DNA of 35,416 nt from assembly GCA_002269645.1 (NCBI GenBank), contig NIVC01000715.1, forward strand, positions 1 through 35,416, in the 5' to 3' direction. Of this stretch, positions 16,924-32,575 are shown one piece after another. Position 1 is the stretch's first letter. Each line of letters starts with the position of its first letter. Both the position numbers and the translations under genes were made by a program. The notes beneath the pieces were generated by a model. It ran no database searches. It was not told the DNA's origin and saw only the letters and a program-made list of their open reading frames with translations. This stretch comes from Macrostomum lignano. Lineage: Eukaryota.

Positions 16924-17472
16924 GTGCAATATTCAATAGATTTTGACAGACAACTCGAGACGAAAAGAGCAAAACGAAAAGACGCCCTTTCCCGGCGCGC
17001 CGACCTGCTGCAGCATCCGAAGGGTCTGGTGTTGCGCTGCGAGTTCGGCAAGACCATCCAGTTTAAGGAGCGCAGCCACCTGGTACTGCTGCCGATATTG
17101 GCGCGGCAGCGAGCCCTGTGCCCGGTGAACGCAGTCGAGCGACACATCCGCGCCAACGGATTGAAGTCAGCAGAGTCACCGCTCTGGTCCTACGCCGACG
17201 GAAGTGGCGGCTTGCGCCTGCTGACTGGGAGGCACCTTGACTGCTTCCTCCGTGACAAGTTTGCCGCAGCCGGCGTTCGACCAGGATCTTACTCCGCGCA
17301 CAGTCTGCGACGAGGAGGAGCTACCTGGGCGTCTGTGCTAGGCCTCCCAGTGTCTGATATCATGCGCATTGGTGACTGGAGAAGTGAGGCTGTGCAGCGT
17401 AATCTCCCCCAGTTTCACCAGGCAGCGGAGGCTGCTGTGACTTTTGCCGGTGGTGTCTCCGCTTTGTTTTAA
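16924..17472 (+). pseudogene. 5'-truncated tyrosine recombinase (integrase) of a DIRS-order retrotransposon, probably PAT/Ngaro-like
   Basis: GKTIQF (catalytic K), CPV, HSLRRGGAT (H-x-x-R) and GDWRS.AV motifs are present. The expected catalytic Tyr codon is AAT (Asn, 17401-17403) and the N-terminal catalytic Arg box is absent. Homology starts at about 16990. Confidence 0.8.
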
Positions 17473-18178
17473 CTCCCAGCCTTCTGCTTTTGTTCGCTTG
17501 CTCGCTTTGGGTTTGGAGGTCGCTTTTTTGCTGTGCGCCTCCCGCGCGTTGCTCGCCTTGCTCGCCAATTGTCTCAATGTGTCTCTTTGTGTCTGGCTGG
17601 TCACTAATTGACGTCTCCACTTCAAATCCAGCCAGAGTTCGACGAGATAGAAAACTCCAGTTGACATTTTGGTCGTTTTTGTGTATTTTTCTCAATTATA
17701 TGCAGACATTGTCGTTTGGTCCTTGTCCGGTTCTTTTCTAACAGTAACGGAAGAACTGCGGCCCATCTGTTCAAAACAGATTAAAAATTCAGTTTTTTAT
17801 TGACTTTCATGCAGCTCGAAGGTTCAGTCAAATGCAGACCCTGCGGCTCAAATCTGTGAGGAACTCGGAGATGAAATCGTGACAAAAATGATGAAGCTGG
17901 GACAGACACGAGCTCGTAGGAGGAAATGAAATGATTCGAACTGATAATCAAGCAATTTAAGCCTGCATACGGGATTCAATCAGTTTGCTTTTTAAATTTA
18001 CACTCCATGCTCTGATTGAATTTGCTTCTCATGGGAATAGAGTGCCCGAAGGCCATGCATGCTGTTTTAATTCTTTAAATTAAACTATATGAGAAAATGC
18101 TTTAACTGTAATTACAGCTCAACCTGTGAATTTTTCGCTAAATTCAACTCAAATTAAGCAGCAAAAGTAAGAAGCTTG

Positions 18179-19932
18179 AGAGGGGGCGTCAGCTACAGAG
18201 GGGGTCGCCAGCTACAGAAGGGGGCGCCAGCTACAGAGGGCGGCGCCTGCTACAGAGGGGGGCGCCAGCTACAGAGGGGGCGCCAGCTACAGAAGGGGGC
18301 GCCAGCTACAGAGGGCGGCGCCTGCTACAGAGGGGGGCGCCAGCTACAGAGGGGGCGCCAGCTACAGAGGGGGGCGCCAGCTACAGAGGGGGGCGCCAGC
18401 TACAGAGGGGGGCGCCAGCTACAGAGGGGGTCGCCAGCTACAGAAGGGGGCGCCAGCTACAGAGGGGGTCGCCAGCTACAGAAGGGGGCGCCAGCTACAG
18501 AGGGCGGCGCCTGCTACAGAGGGGGGCGCCAGCTACAGAGGGGGCGCCAGCTACAGAAGGGGGCGCCAGCTACAGAGGGCGGCGCCTGCTACAGAGGGGG
18601 GCGCCAGCTACAGAGGGGGCGCCAGCTACAGAGGGGGGCGCCAGCTACAGAGGGGGCGCCAGCTACAGAGGGGGGCGCAAGCTGCAGAGGGCGGCGCCTG
18701 CTACAGAGCGGGGCGCCAGCTACAGAGGGGGCGCCAGCCTACAGTGGGGGCGCCAGCTACAGAGGGGGCGCCAGCTACAGAGGGGGCGCCAGCTACAGAA
18801 GGGGGCGCCAGCTACAGAGGGCGGCGCCTGCTACAGTGGGGGCGCCAGCTACAGAGGGGGCGCCAGCTACAGAGGAGGCGCCAGCCTACAGTGGGGGCGC
18901 CAGCTACAGAGGGGGCGCCAGCTACAGAGGGGGCGCCAGCCTACAGTGGGGGGCGCCAGCTACAGAGGGGGGCGCCAGCTACAGAGGGGGCGCCAGCTAC
19001 AGAGGGGGCGCCAGCCTACAGTGGGGGGCGCCAGCTACAGAGGGGGCGCCAGCTACAGAGGGGGCGCCAGCCTACAGTGGGGGGCGCCAGCTACAGAGGG
19101 GGGCGCCAGCTACAGAGGGGGCGCCAGCTACAGAAGGGGGCGCCAGCTACAGAGGGCGGCGCCTGCTACAGAGGGGGGCGCCAGCTACAGAGGGGGCGCC
19201 AGCTACAGAGGGGGGCGCCAGCTACAGAGGGGGCGCCAGCTACAGAGGGGGGCGCAAGCTGCAGAGGGCGGCGCCTGCTACAGAGCGGGGCGCCAGCTAC
19301 AGAGGGGGCGCCAGCCTACAGTGGGGGGCGCCAGCTACAGAGGGGGGCGCCAGCTACAGAGGGGGCGCCAGCTACAGAAGGGGGCGCCAGCTACAGAGGG
19401 CGGCGCCTGCTACAGTGGGGGGCGCCAGCTACAGAGGGGGGCGCCAGCTACAGAGGGGGCGCCAGCCTACAGTGGGGGGCGCCAGCTACAGAGGGGGGCG
19501 CCAGCTACAGAGGGGGCGCCAGCCTACAGTGGGGGGCGCCAGCTACAGAGGGGGGCGCCAGCTACAGAGGGGGCGCCAGCTACAGAGGGGGCGCCAGCCT
19601 ACAGTGGGGGGCGCCAGCTACAGAGGGGGCGCCAGCTACAGAGGGGGCGCCAGCCTACAGTGGGGGGCGCCAGCTACAGAGGGGGGCGCCAGCTACAGAG
19701 GGGGCACCAGCCTACAGAGGGAGGCGCCAGCTACAGAGGGGGCACCAGCCTACAGTGGGGGGCGCCAGCTACAGAGGGGGCACCAGCCTACAGTGGGGGG
19801 CGCCAGCTACAGAGGGCGGCGCCAGCTACAGAGGGGGCACCAGCCTACAGTGGGGGGCGCCAGCTACAGAGGGGGGCGCCAGCTACAGAGGGGGCACCAG
19901 CCTACAGAGGGGGGCGCCAGCTACAGAGGGCG
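18179..19932. repeat. GC-rich 18-19-bp minisatellite (GGCGCCAGCTACAGAGGGG[G]), ~95 units
   Basis: Direct reading; variable G-run length shifts frames, so the overlapping ORFs are not credible. Confidence 0.95.
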
Positions 19933-20384
19933 GCTGATGCCATCTCTGTGGCTGGTGCCCTTTCTGCATTAGCTAACCATCTGCAATAGTTCATGCCCTT
20001 TAACGATATTAACATTGCTAATTTTGTCAATACAGTGCTATAAGGGAAAGTTGATATACACTAAAAAGCTCCACAAGCTGCGTGACCCTGTCTAGGCGGC
20101 ACTTTACTAAGCTGATTTTGTATTCCATTAATAATGCAGAAGGACTTTAAGCTGGAGTTCAAATGAAATGTCGGAAATCATCGGTTAAATCCGATGTAAT
20201 CCTACTCATGCTGCCCAGCTACACCGGTACCTGTTGAAATCGGGTTAATCAGGGCAGATGGGTGGAATAGAAACAGTCCTGGATCAGTTGGAAATTGAGT
20301 TAAGAATGAAGAAGATTGGATGCGCTTGGATCAGTTTAACTTTGATCCTGCAACCTCATTTGCTTGTCGCTCACTCTGAGACTC

Positions 20385-20693
20385 CTCAGCTGCTACAGAG
20401 AGAGCGGAAGCTACTATAGAGAGGGCGTCAGCTACTACAGAGAGGGCGTCAGCTACTACAGAGAGGGCGTCAGCTACTACAGAGAGGGCGTCAGCTACTA
20501 CAGAGAGGGCGTCAGCTACTACAGAGATGGCATCAGCTACAGAGAGGACGTCAGCTGCTACAGAGAGAGCGTCAGCTACTACAGAGAGGGCGTCAGCTAC
20601 AGAGAGGGCGTCAGCTACTACAGAGAGGGCGTCAGTTACTACAGTGAGGGAGTCAGCTACTGCAGAGAGGGAGTCAGCTACTACAGAGAGGGC
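20385..20693. repeat. 21-bp (some 18-bp) minisatellite AGAGAGGGCGTCAGCTACTAC
   Basis: Direct reading; shares the CAGCTAC..AGAG core with the 18.2-19.9 kb array. Confidence 0.92.
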
Positions 20694-20948
20694 TCCAACT
20701 ACGAAAGGGGTGGCTGGAGAGCCAGCCACGGACTACTGCTACATACCTATCAAAAGAGGCAGAATCTGTCACCTGACAATAGTTACACATCTCTATAGTA
20801 ACGCGTTTATTTATGTCATTACTACAATATTATTATACTTGCTTAACTTGTAGTCGATTTCGTATTACCATATTAGTACACGACGTGGACAATAAAACAA
20901 TAAAGTCAGCAATTTCGCTCTGTTCAGTATTGTCAGTGTCAATACACC

Positions 20949-22058
20949 CTAAACGCGACTCTCAAGCTCCATCGTGGGAGTGCGTCGGCGACCCAGTGAC
21001 GTCACCTGGCTGAGCATGGGATTTAGCTCTCTGGCAGCACTCGGATTGGCCGGCCGCTGCAGACAGCCGAGCCGTTCAAGCGAGCGTCGGACAAAACCAG
21101 CCGGCAGCAGACGTTTGAGACTTCTGCAGAACGGCCTGTTGAAGCAGGCGTACAGAACGGGATTGAAGGCGCTGTTCAGGTAAGCGAGAATCGTAGTGAT
21201 GTGCGAGGACGCCACCAGACATTCCATCGGGATGAAGCCCCTGACGCCGAGGTTGACGTGAATCCAGTGCGGCACGGAGCAGACAATGTAGGACACGATG
21301 ACGGCAATCACCATTTTGCTCACCCGGCTGAGCCGCTGCTGAGCCTGGTGGATTCCGGCGATGGTTGCCGTGGCCTGACGCCGCACCTTGTGAATTATTA
21401 ATCCATAGAAAGCCGTGAGCAGAGTGAGCGGCACTGCGCAGCCAACTACAAGATTGTACATAGCGAAGCTGAACTCGTTCTGCACAATGCCCTTTATCTG
21501 CCGCGTGAACCAGGCGTCGGGATTCGGGTCTTCGCCAATCGAGGATCCATTCGAAGCGTCGAAGCTATCAAACAGGATGTGGCCGCAGCTGTAGGTGGCA
21601 TTTTCGCCCTCGCCCCAGGTGGTGACGCTGCTGGAGACGCCGATGGGGCTGACCAGCAGGCCGCTGAGCGACCACAGGCACAGCAGGAGCCCCCAAGCGA
21701 AGCGGCGGCTGCGCAGGCGCTGCGACTGGCCGGGCAGCACCACGGCTACGAATCGGTCAAATCCCATGGCGGTGATGATGAAGATGCTGGCGGTCCAGTT
21801 CAGGTAATTGATCATGTAGTAAGCCTTGCAGGCTGACTCGCCCCAGACCCAGCTCTGCACAGAGGCCAGGTGCATCAGCGGCAGAATTGACAACAGATGA
21901 AGAATGTCAGCCACGGCCAGGTGGCCCAGGTAGATGTTCACGGCTTTGTGCGCCGTATTCTGCTTGGCGGCGGTCAGCACGACAGCCGCGTTGCCGAACA
22001 GGCCGAAGACCAGGATGCCGCCGTAGAGGGCCTTGACCCGCTCGTAGAAGGAAGACAT
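20949..22058 (-). CDS. Class A (rhodopsin-family) peptide GPCR, somatostatin/allatostatin-C/opioid receptor-like
   Basis: Uninterrupted ORF with 7 TM segments: GLFGN (TM1), LAVAD (TM2), WVWG...C (ECL1/TM3), DRF, W..S...SP (TM4), ECL2 Cys, P in TM5, CSVP (TM6), NSAFNPVLY (TM7), helix 8. First ATG at 22058; the track's 22151 start is TTG. An upstream exon cannot be excluded. Confidence 0.9.
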   Translation of the reverse strand: MSSFYERVKALYGGILVFGLFGNAAVVLTAAKQNTAHKAVNIYLGHLAVADILHLLSILPLMHLASVQSWVWGESACKAYYMINYLNWTASIFIITAMGFDRFVAVVLPGQSQRLRSRRFAWGLLLCLWSLSGLLVSPIGVSSSVTTWGEGENATYSCGHILFDSFDASNGSSIGEDPNPDAWFTRQIKGIVQNEFSFAMYNLVVGCAVPLTLLTAFYGLIIHKVRRQATATIAGIHQAQQRLSRVSKMVIAVIVSYIVCSVPHWIHVNLGVRGFIPMECLVASSHITTILAYLNSAFNPVLYACFNRPFCRSLKRLLPAGFVRRSLERLGCLQRPANPSAARELNPMLSQVTSLGRRRTPTMELESRV

Positions 22059-22550
22059 GGCCACGGCAAGCCAAGGACTCACCGAATGACTTCGGGAACA
22101 AATTTCAGCCAATATATGTTTGAAATCTTGTAAATGAATCTTGCCGACCAATCAAATTTTTTCTTTATCAAAACATTTTGCTCCGCTCAAAATTTTTATC
22201 AAGGAATCCAGCATCCAATCAGAAATTCATCCCACGCCGATCAATCAATCCACTGAAAGAGTAATCCGCAAACTTTTTGGGCGCCTTGAAGAGTTTCCGT
22301 TGCTGTTTAGGCGCTGTGAGAGCTCTATTCGGTGAGCCAGCAAATCAAGTTGAGTAGAGACGCTGAGCTTTACGGCGTATCAAAGTAAATCTGCTCGGAC
22401 AGCAAGCTGGGAAATATCAGGGCACTTTGGAGTTTGGGATTAATAAATTCTCAGCTGCCTGCTTTGGGGATATTTTTCCCTAGGCACAATGGGAGCGAGT
22501 AAAACTGGATTTAATTTAATGAAGCATCCTGACCTTCTGGTCCGTCTTAG

Positions 22551-22647
<97 letters not shown>

Positions 22648-22648
22648 T

Positions 22649-22711
<63 letters not shown>

Positions 22712-22718
22712 GTCTGAC

Positions 22719-22767
<49 letters not shown>

Positions 22768-22788
22768 GTCTGTCTGTCTGTCTGTCTT

Positions 22789-22847
<59 letters not shown>

Positions 22848-22848
22848 T

Positions 22849-22911
<63 letters not shown>

Positions 22912-22918
22912 GTCTGAC

Positions 22919-23011
<93 letters not shown>

Positions 23012-23020
23012 GTCTATCTC

Positions 23021-23063
<43 letters not shown>

Positions 23064-23087
23064 GTCTGTCTGTCTGTCTGTCCGTCT
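22551..23087. repeat. (TCTG)n microsatellite
   Basis: Direct reading. Confidence 0.97.
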
Positions 23088-23747
23088 CAAATTTCAACAG
23101 GGCCGATAATTTAGCGTTGGATACAGCATTTGCGAGTTATTCTAAATTAAGCTATTTTGCGATACTTGCTAATGTCCTTAATATACTACTTTTATCAAAT
23201 ATGAATCAGTTGTATTCATGCCAAGGACTGCTTAAACATCCGGACGGAATGCTAGACAAATATGTTTTCGTATTCACTGCATCTCAGTGGCCATTTTGCG
23301 TCAAAGAAAGTTCAGAAACGGTTCGTCGCCATGCACTGAGCTGCTGTCTTCTATTCGTTAATTACTGCAACCGAAATGTTTTGCACGCGGCTAACAAAGC
23401 TTAAAAGGCTACCCTCATTCGTTACGGTGCAATAAATGAAAGCTGAGCAGCTCAGGCGCACCTGATTTCTAATGAGTAAAGTACACAGTTCCTGTTCTGC
23501 ACGTTAGCTTGTACATTTGTTCCAGTTTCATCTTGCATGTACTATATTTTGCCAAGTTTGTAAGTCTGCACAAAAGCGGCACTGCACAAAAGCGGTGCGT
23601 CGGTTTTAGCAGATCCATTGAGTTTGTGCAGTTCTACTTTTCTATGCTAAGTAGGTGATTGTCCTGCAGTTAAAGTGCACAAGCGCTATTATAACTTTTA
23701 CTAACTCTACGCTTTCAGAGCAGTGCTAGTCAATATCGCTTCTCAAG

Positions 23748-26710
23748 TCAGTCTTCGAACCGGGCAGTTTTGCTGTGGGACGCCTCGCCAATCAGCCAGT
23801 AGGTCCGCATTGGCCCTTTGCCCTGAAAGTTTTCAGTTGAGTTTCTTTCGCAAGAACTGGGAGGCAAGAAGCAGCAAAGGATTTTCACTGTTACCTTCAC
23901 TTCGATCTCGCCTCGAGCTTTGATTTTAAAGCCCCCGCATTCCTCCAGTAGCAGGGCCGACGGCTCGCTCATGTGGATGCGGAAAGCTGAAATTTGTTTT
24001 TATAGTAGGGCATAGTTTAGCGCGTAATGCAATTTGCTTTTACACTACTGTTAGTAGTTTCCGATCCGGAAACGTCTGTAGATAGTCTAGTTAGGGCTCT
24101 GCGGAATTCTCTATAAGTAAAGAGAAGGTTTATTCACTTTTTACTCATTTTTTTACACAGGTTAAGCTTCCTTTCCAAAGCTAACCTAGAAAATTGAAGG
24201 TCAGAATAAGCTTAGAAATTAGGTATATTATAGGTTGCAAGGAGGAGTCAGGCCTCGGAATTCAAGCCTGCAGAGAACTACTAGGGAAAGTTGAATGTTA
24301 AGAATATGGTGGCAGCGAACTACCAATTCAAACCGGTATCCACTAAGAGTAAATAGATCAAAATAACCATTTCAATTTCGTGGGCTTCCTAGCTAACCTT
24401 TCTCTGCTGCTTCTGCGCCAGTATTGTCTAGCAACAACTCACCTTCACCGTGAGACTTCATCCGCGAGGCCGTGTTCACCGTGTCACCGAACAGACAATA
24501 TCGCGGACTCTTGCTGCCAATCATGCCAGTCACTAATGGCCCTGAAATTCACAATTTAATGGCCTGTAGGATTTTCCAAGCCATTTTGTGCACACTAGAG
24601 TCTGTTGTGTCTCAGAGAAGCCCGTTACCCGAGTGAAATCCAATCTGCAGATGGATTTGCTCCTCCGGCAAGTGGCTCAATACCAAATTTTTCGACGTGG
24701 CCATCAGGTCGAGACTGAGCCGAGCCACCTCCAGCGCGTGCTGATTGCCGTTCAGCCGGGGAGCACCGCTGACCAACATGTAGGTGTCGGAGATCGTCTC
24801 GACTTTGTACGCATCGTAGTTGTCAATGCGGCTGTCGAAGGCACTGCATGGGCAGGGGAACGAGGAGAGATGAGATGGAATTGAGGCTTGAGACAGCCCG
24901 TACAACGCGCCTGTCTTTTTCGTGAGGTTTAAAATTCATGCTCACGCACTGCAGACTGCGGGACAACTTGTCAAACTTGCAGTCGGAATGAGCTTCTTTT
25001 AGACCTACCTGTAAATGGTGTTCAACATCTGAAATACTTCAATAGGTCGACTTTTCTTCACCAGATCTTCGAAATTTTCTACCCCGCTAAAGAAGACGGT
25101 GCTCATCTCGAAGCGACTGGCCTCTGGGACAATGCCTCGCTTGAGATCCCAGACCACTTCGGCAGGTAGAATGTTGTAGATGATTGCGTCAGCTCGTCTC
25201 TAGAAAAGTAAATCGAAGGAATTGCAAAAGATATATAATATATATATCAGGGACAGCCACTGCGTGGCGCATTCGAGCGCTGAGTACAACTTGTACAGTG
25301 CTGAGACTGGAGTTTCGCTACCCTATCACAGCAAAATGTGTACATTACTACAGTTCAAGAGCAAGATGATTAAACTCTGCTTTACTTGCAACAGTACTTC
25401 TCTTGCTTGCCTGAATGCTATATTTATATTTATGAAAATCACCTTTTCCTCAGCTGTTTCCGCTTTCTTGGTCACAATCAGCCTGGCTAGATCTATGATG
25501 CTCTCAACGGTCTCCGCAATCTTGTGGCTGTACCAATACCCGATTCCGAGGCAGAGGAGCATCAGGGCCAGCACCAGGAATCCGAATCCAATTGTGTAGG
25601 AGGTTGAGTCGCGATTGGCCGCTTTAATTCTGCCGTTCAGCAGGTTGTCTAGCTGATTATGATATTCTCGCACATTCGCCCAGTGGTCTAGGCTGAGGTA
25701 CAGCCACAGTTCAGCCAGGTTGCGCCTCTCCAACACGGTGGCGTTGACGCATCGGTCAAGCGACTGACGCGCGATTTCATCTGACATGCTTAGCCAGAGT
25801 GCGGCCTTGCCGTTGGCTGCGCTGGTGTTCAGCTCCTTGGCAAAAAACTTGCTGGCCTTGGGAAGGGCTCGGCCGCTGTTCACTCGAAGGTCGGCGATGC
25901 CTCCGGTTAGGCGGACAAACCAGGCCCAGTGAGGCCAGCGACTCGCGCATTCCGTGAAGTAGGCGTATCCCAAGCCCGCGGTGATGGCGATGTAGTCAGC
26001 GTACAACACCAGAACTCTGTCAGCGTGCATGCCGGCCCACATTTCCCGCTCGGACACGTACAGATTTGATGGGCTGGCCAGTCGGTATGAGAAATCTGAG
26101 CCGATGCTGAATATTCGATGGATATCTCTGGCCCAGGCATCAGCGTTAGTCCTAATGATGGTCTCGTTTGCAACCGGCAGCTCAGGAACGAAACCATTGC
26201 GACGCCACGTGCCGGACGCATTCGCCAACAGTTGCTGAGCCCAGTTTGGCAGATGAGTCTCTGCCCCCACATCAACCAGTTCACGGCTAGCCGACAGCTC
26301 AAAGCGGGATTTAACGTTGTTTGGACTGACAGAAGTAACTGTCGTCAAAATCCCCTCCTGCATGAGGGCATAGCTGAGGCCATCGAGCTGATTCTTCGAG
26401 CTCAAGTATTCGTCAATGCTAATGCCGCGAATCAGAGATTGAGCAGCAAAGTAGATCTCCGAGCCGGCAAATCCGATGGCCAGGGTGAGCGGCAGAGCTA
26501 GAATGACAATCATTCTCAGCCGGTAGTACCAGCTTCCTCTGCGCTCTTCGCGAGCGAGAAAATCTTCAATGAGCCTGGAGGAGCGAGACGCCTTGGCTCC
26601 GGTGGCACTGCTAGCGTCGCTGGCGGCCTCGCTTGCCTCCGACACCATTTCGCTCAGGGCTAAGCTTTGGCGTCGCTGATTTTCTACCTGGACAATGTCG
26701 CTCGGGCCAC
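23748..26710 (-). CDS. Two-TM receptor guanylyl cyclase-like protein with an NIT-like extracellular domain (NIT-GC type), no kinase-homology domain
   Basis: GT-AG exons 26710-25443, 25199-25009, 24843-24629, 24541-24443, 23986-23895 and 23822-23748 join with consistent phases. Cyclase motifs: [59 protein letters not shown]. Two hydrophobic helices flank a ~280-aa domain. The 5' end is uncertain (ATG 26648, or ATG 26887 spliced via intron 26883-26711). Confidence 0.88.
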
Positions 26711-27970
26711 CTGGTGGTGAATTTATAATAAAGTTTCTATTCTGTGTCAGTACGTACTAAATGTTACATGACGTGCATTAGGTAGCGTTACACAGGTAAT
26801 GCATAAAGATATGGGAGCACAATTGAAAGGCTATTGACTAGTTTAGCAGCACTTACTCATGCTGCCAACAGCATTGCGTTTACCCATTCCGTGAGGCTGC
26901 GGTGACTTGCTACACTCGTTAGATTTTCGCTGCAAACTTTCGATCCGCTTCGGTATTTATTGTCATCGTGGTCGATTAAAAAGACTCGCTCGACTGATTC
27001 GACAGAGCATGAAGACAAGAAGAGAAAGTATTTGTATTGTGCAAGCAAATTTCTTACGTTTTTGACAATTCATTCACCTGTGAAACGCTCTATTGTCTTT
27101 CTAAAATCATTTGTCATACAAGTTCTTGCATGACCAAACGATTGTTAACAAAACAACCGTCCGGATGAATGATTATGACAATTTCTTTGCACTACCCGTG
27201 GCAGTTTTCAAAGCTAAAAAAGTCCCAAGTCACATGTGAATTTTAATCGACTGTGAAAGCGTTTTTCAAGCATCAATAGCGAAATTTAGCTTCAGAAACA
27301 ACAGAAACTGGAACAAAACAAAACTTCATCGTTAATCCTGGCGCGTTGATAAAGCTGTAGATGGTTGGAGTAAACGAGAAAGGTTTCTAATGCCATCACA
27401 GGTATTTTAGTTAGATCGCAGATTGCCTTTTCTTTCTTGAAGATCAAGGCGGTAGTCTATCTGCTGTCGGCGAGGAGGCAAGCAGCTTTTGCGTGAAAAA
27501 GACGCGGTACCGCTGAGACATGTTATTTTGTCTGATAATGTACGGTCTATCGTCATGATTGGTAGGTCATATCGTCGTATCGCAGTCACAGAGGGATTTT
27601 CAGAGAGTGGTGAGTTAACTCTATACAGCAAGGGAGTATGACTCTGAGGCATAAGGTCTATTATCTTCACTTACTGTATAGGCTTGAATAAACTTAGCTA
27701 CTGGGCAATTTTTCACCCAAAGCCAAAAACAACTACAATAATATTAATAGTCCCAGGCTAGTCTAGGATTCATGCCCTCCCGCGCTGTGAACGCCCAAAT
27801 AAGTTTTGTCTATGGTCAAGACCTTCCTCTACAGCCCATGCTGCTCGTGTTGATACTTGACTTTTATTTTATACATTAAAAGCGGTTTTACTTTGCAAAG
27901 TCCTAACTGAAAGTTTTTTTCCAGTTCATTTCTTACTTTGATAATCTGAAAGCTTGTGAATACAATAGAA

Positions 27971-31584
<3,614 letters not shown>

Positions 31585-31990
31585 TTCAACCCGATGAACT
31601 ATCTCACTTGATGTACTTTCAGTATACCAGTACCATACAGTAGCAGTGTACCAACTTGAATGACAAAAGCAAGTTGGAGTGATTGTAGCGACTCGCAACA
31701 TACTGTAAGTACTCGTTATGCTTTTAGAATCGCTACTTACAGGATATTGTATGGAGGAAGTTCATCGTTTGATAAGCATTTTGTTGCTTTAAACTTGCTA
31801 ATATTCTTTATGTTCAAATTCTAATCTTCAAGAATTTACTGGGCTTAATTTGTTGAATAATAAATATAAAAAGAAAAAACTGACTTGGCTGTTTGGCGGT
31901 TTTCTGACTTCCCGAAGACAAGTGGTCCTCTGGTCTTTTCTGGAGCAGTTCCTTGGTGTCACTGGTGGAATTAAGAGGATGGATTGAGTT

Positions 31991-32298
31991 ACACTCACGG
32001 TCAAGCAGAATGACACTAATGAGTGGCACTCACGGTCAAGCAGAATGACACTAATGAGTAGCATTCACCGTCAAGCAGAATGAAACTAATGAATAACACT
32101 CACGGTCAGGCAGAATGACACTAATGAGTGACACTCACGGTCAAGCAGAATGACACTTATGAGTAGCATTCACGGTCAAGCAGAATGACACTAATGAATA
32201 ACACTCACGGTCAAGCAGAATGACACTAATGAGTGACACTCACGGTCAAGCAGAATGGCACTAATGAGTAACACTCACGGTCAAGCAGAATGACACTA
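31991..32298. repeat. 35-bp minisatellite (ACACTCACGGTCAAGCAGAATGACACTAATGAGTG), ~9 units
   Basis: Direct reading. Confidence 0.95.
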
Positions 32299-32575
32299 TC
32301 TTCTCCGTGTGGGATAACCAAGTGTTCCTAGTGGTCCTTATTGCCTTCAAGCTTGTTTTAAATTGCCAATAGGGAATCAAGGCCTAGTAATCCTTGTCGG
32401 GAATTCGATTGGATTAAAGTGCTATACAAAAAGGGGTTTTATTCTGCTTACGATCTGTTAACTTTCTTACCTATCTGTCTTGTGTCTTGCTCAGAAATAC
32501 GAGCGTAACAAAGGCTCAGTCGCATAGGAGAAGCTATGCCTACAACGTCATACGCACTACTCTAAAATATTATAG

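Noticed and set aside
18176-19989. 598-, 397- and 347-aa RGG/GAPATE ORFs
   Set aside because: Overlapping ORFs in all three frames of a minisatellite whose mixed 18/19-bp units do not preserve frame
20331-20729. VADALSV heptad-repeat ORF on the minus strand
   Set aside because: It is the translation of a 21-bp minisatellite related to the non-coding 18-19-bp array; all frames are similarly open and there is no independent coding evidence
22489-22917. CLSV-repeat ORFs (also 30036-31173 on the minus strand)
   Set aside because: (TCTG)n and (GACA)n microsatellite artefacts
22540-23087. GTCCGTCT flanking the (TCTG)n tract, as in DINE-1/HINE Helentron GTCY repeats
   Set aside because: No subterminal inverted repeats or 3' stem-loop found; GTCC is a common variant of GTCT units
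27407-27670. 87-aa minus-strand ORF as an upstream exon of the cyclase
   Set aside because: No recognisable homology and no supported splice connection
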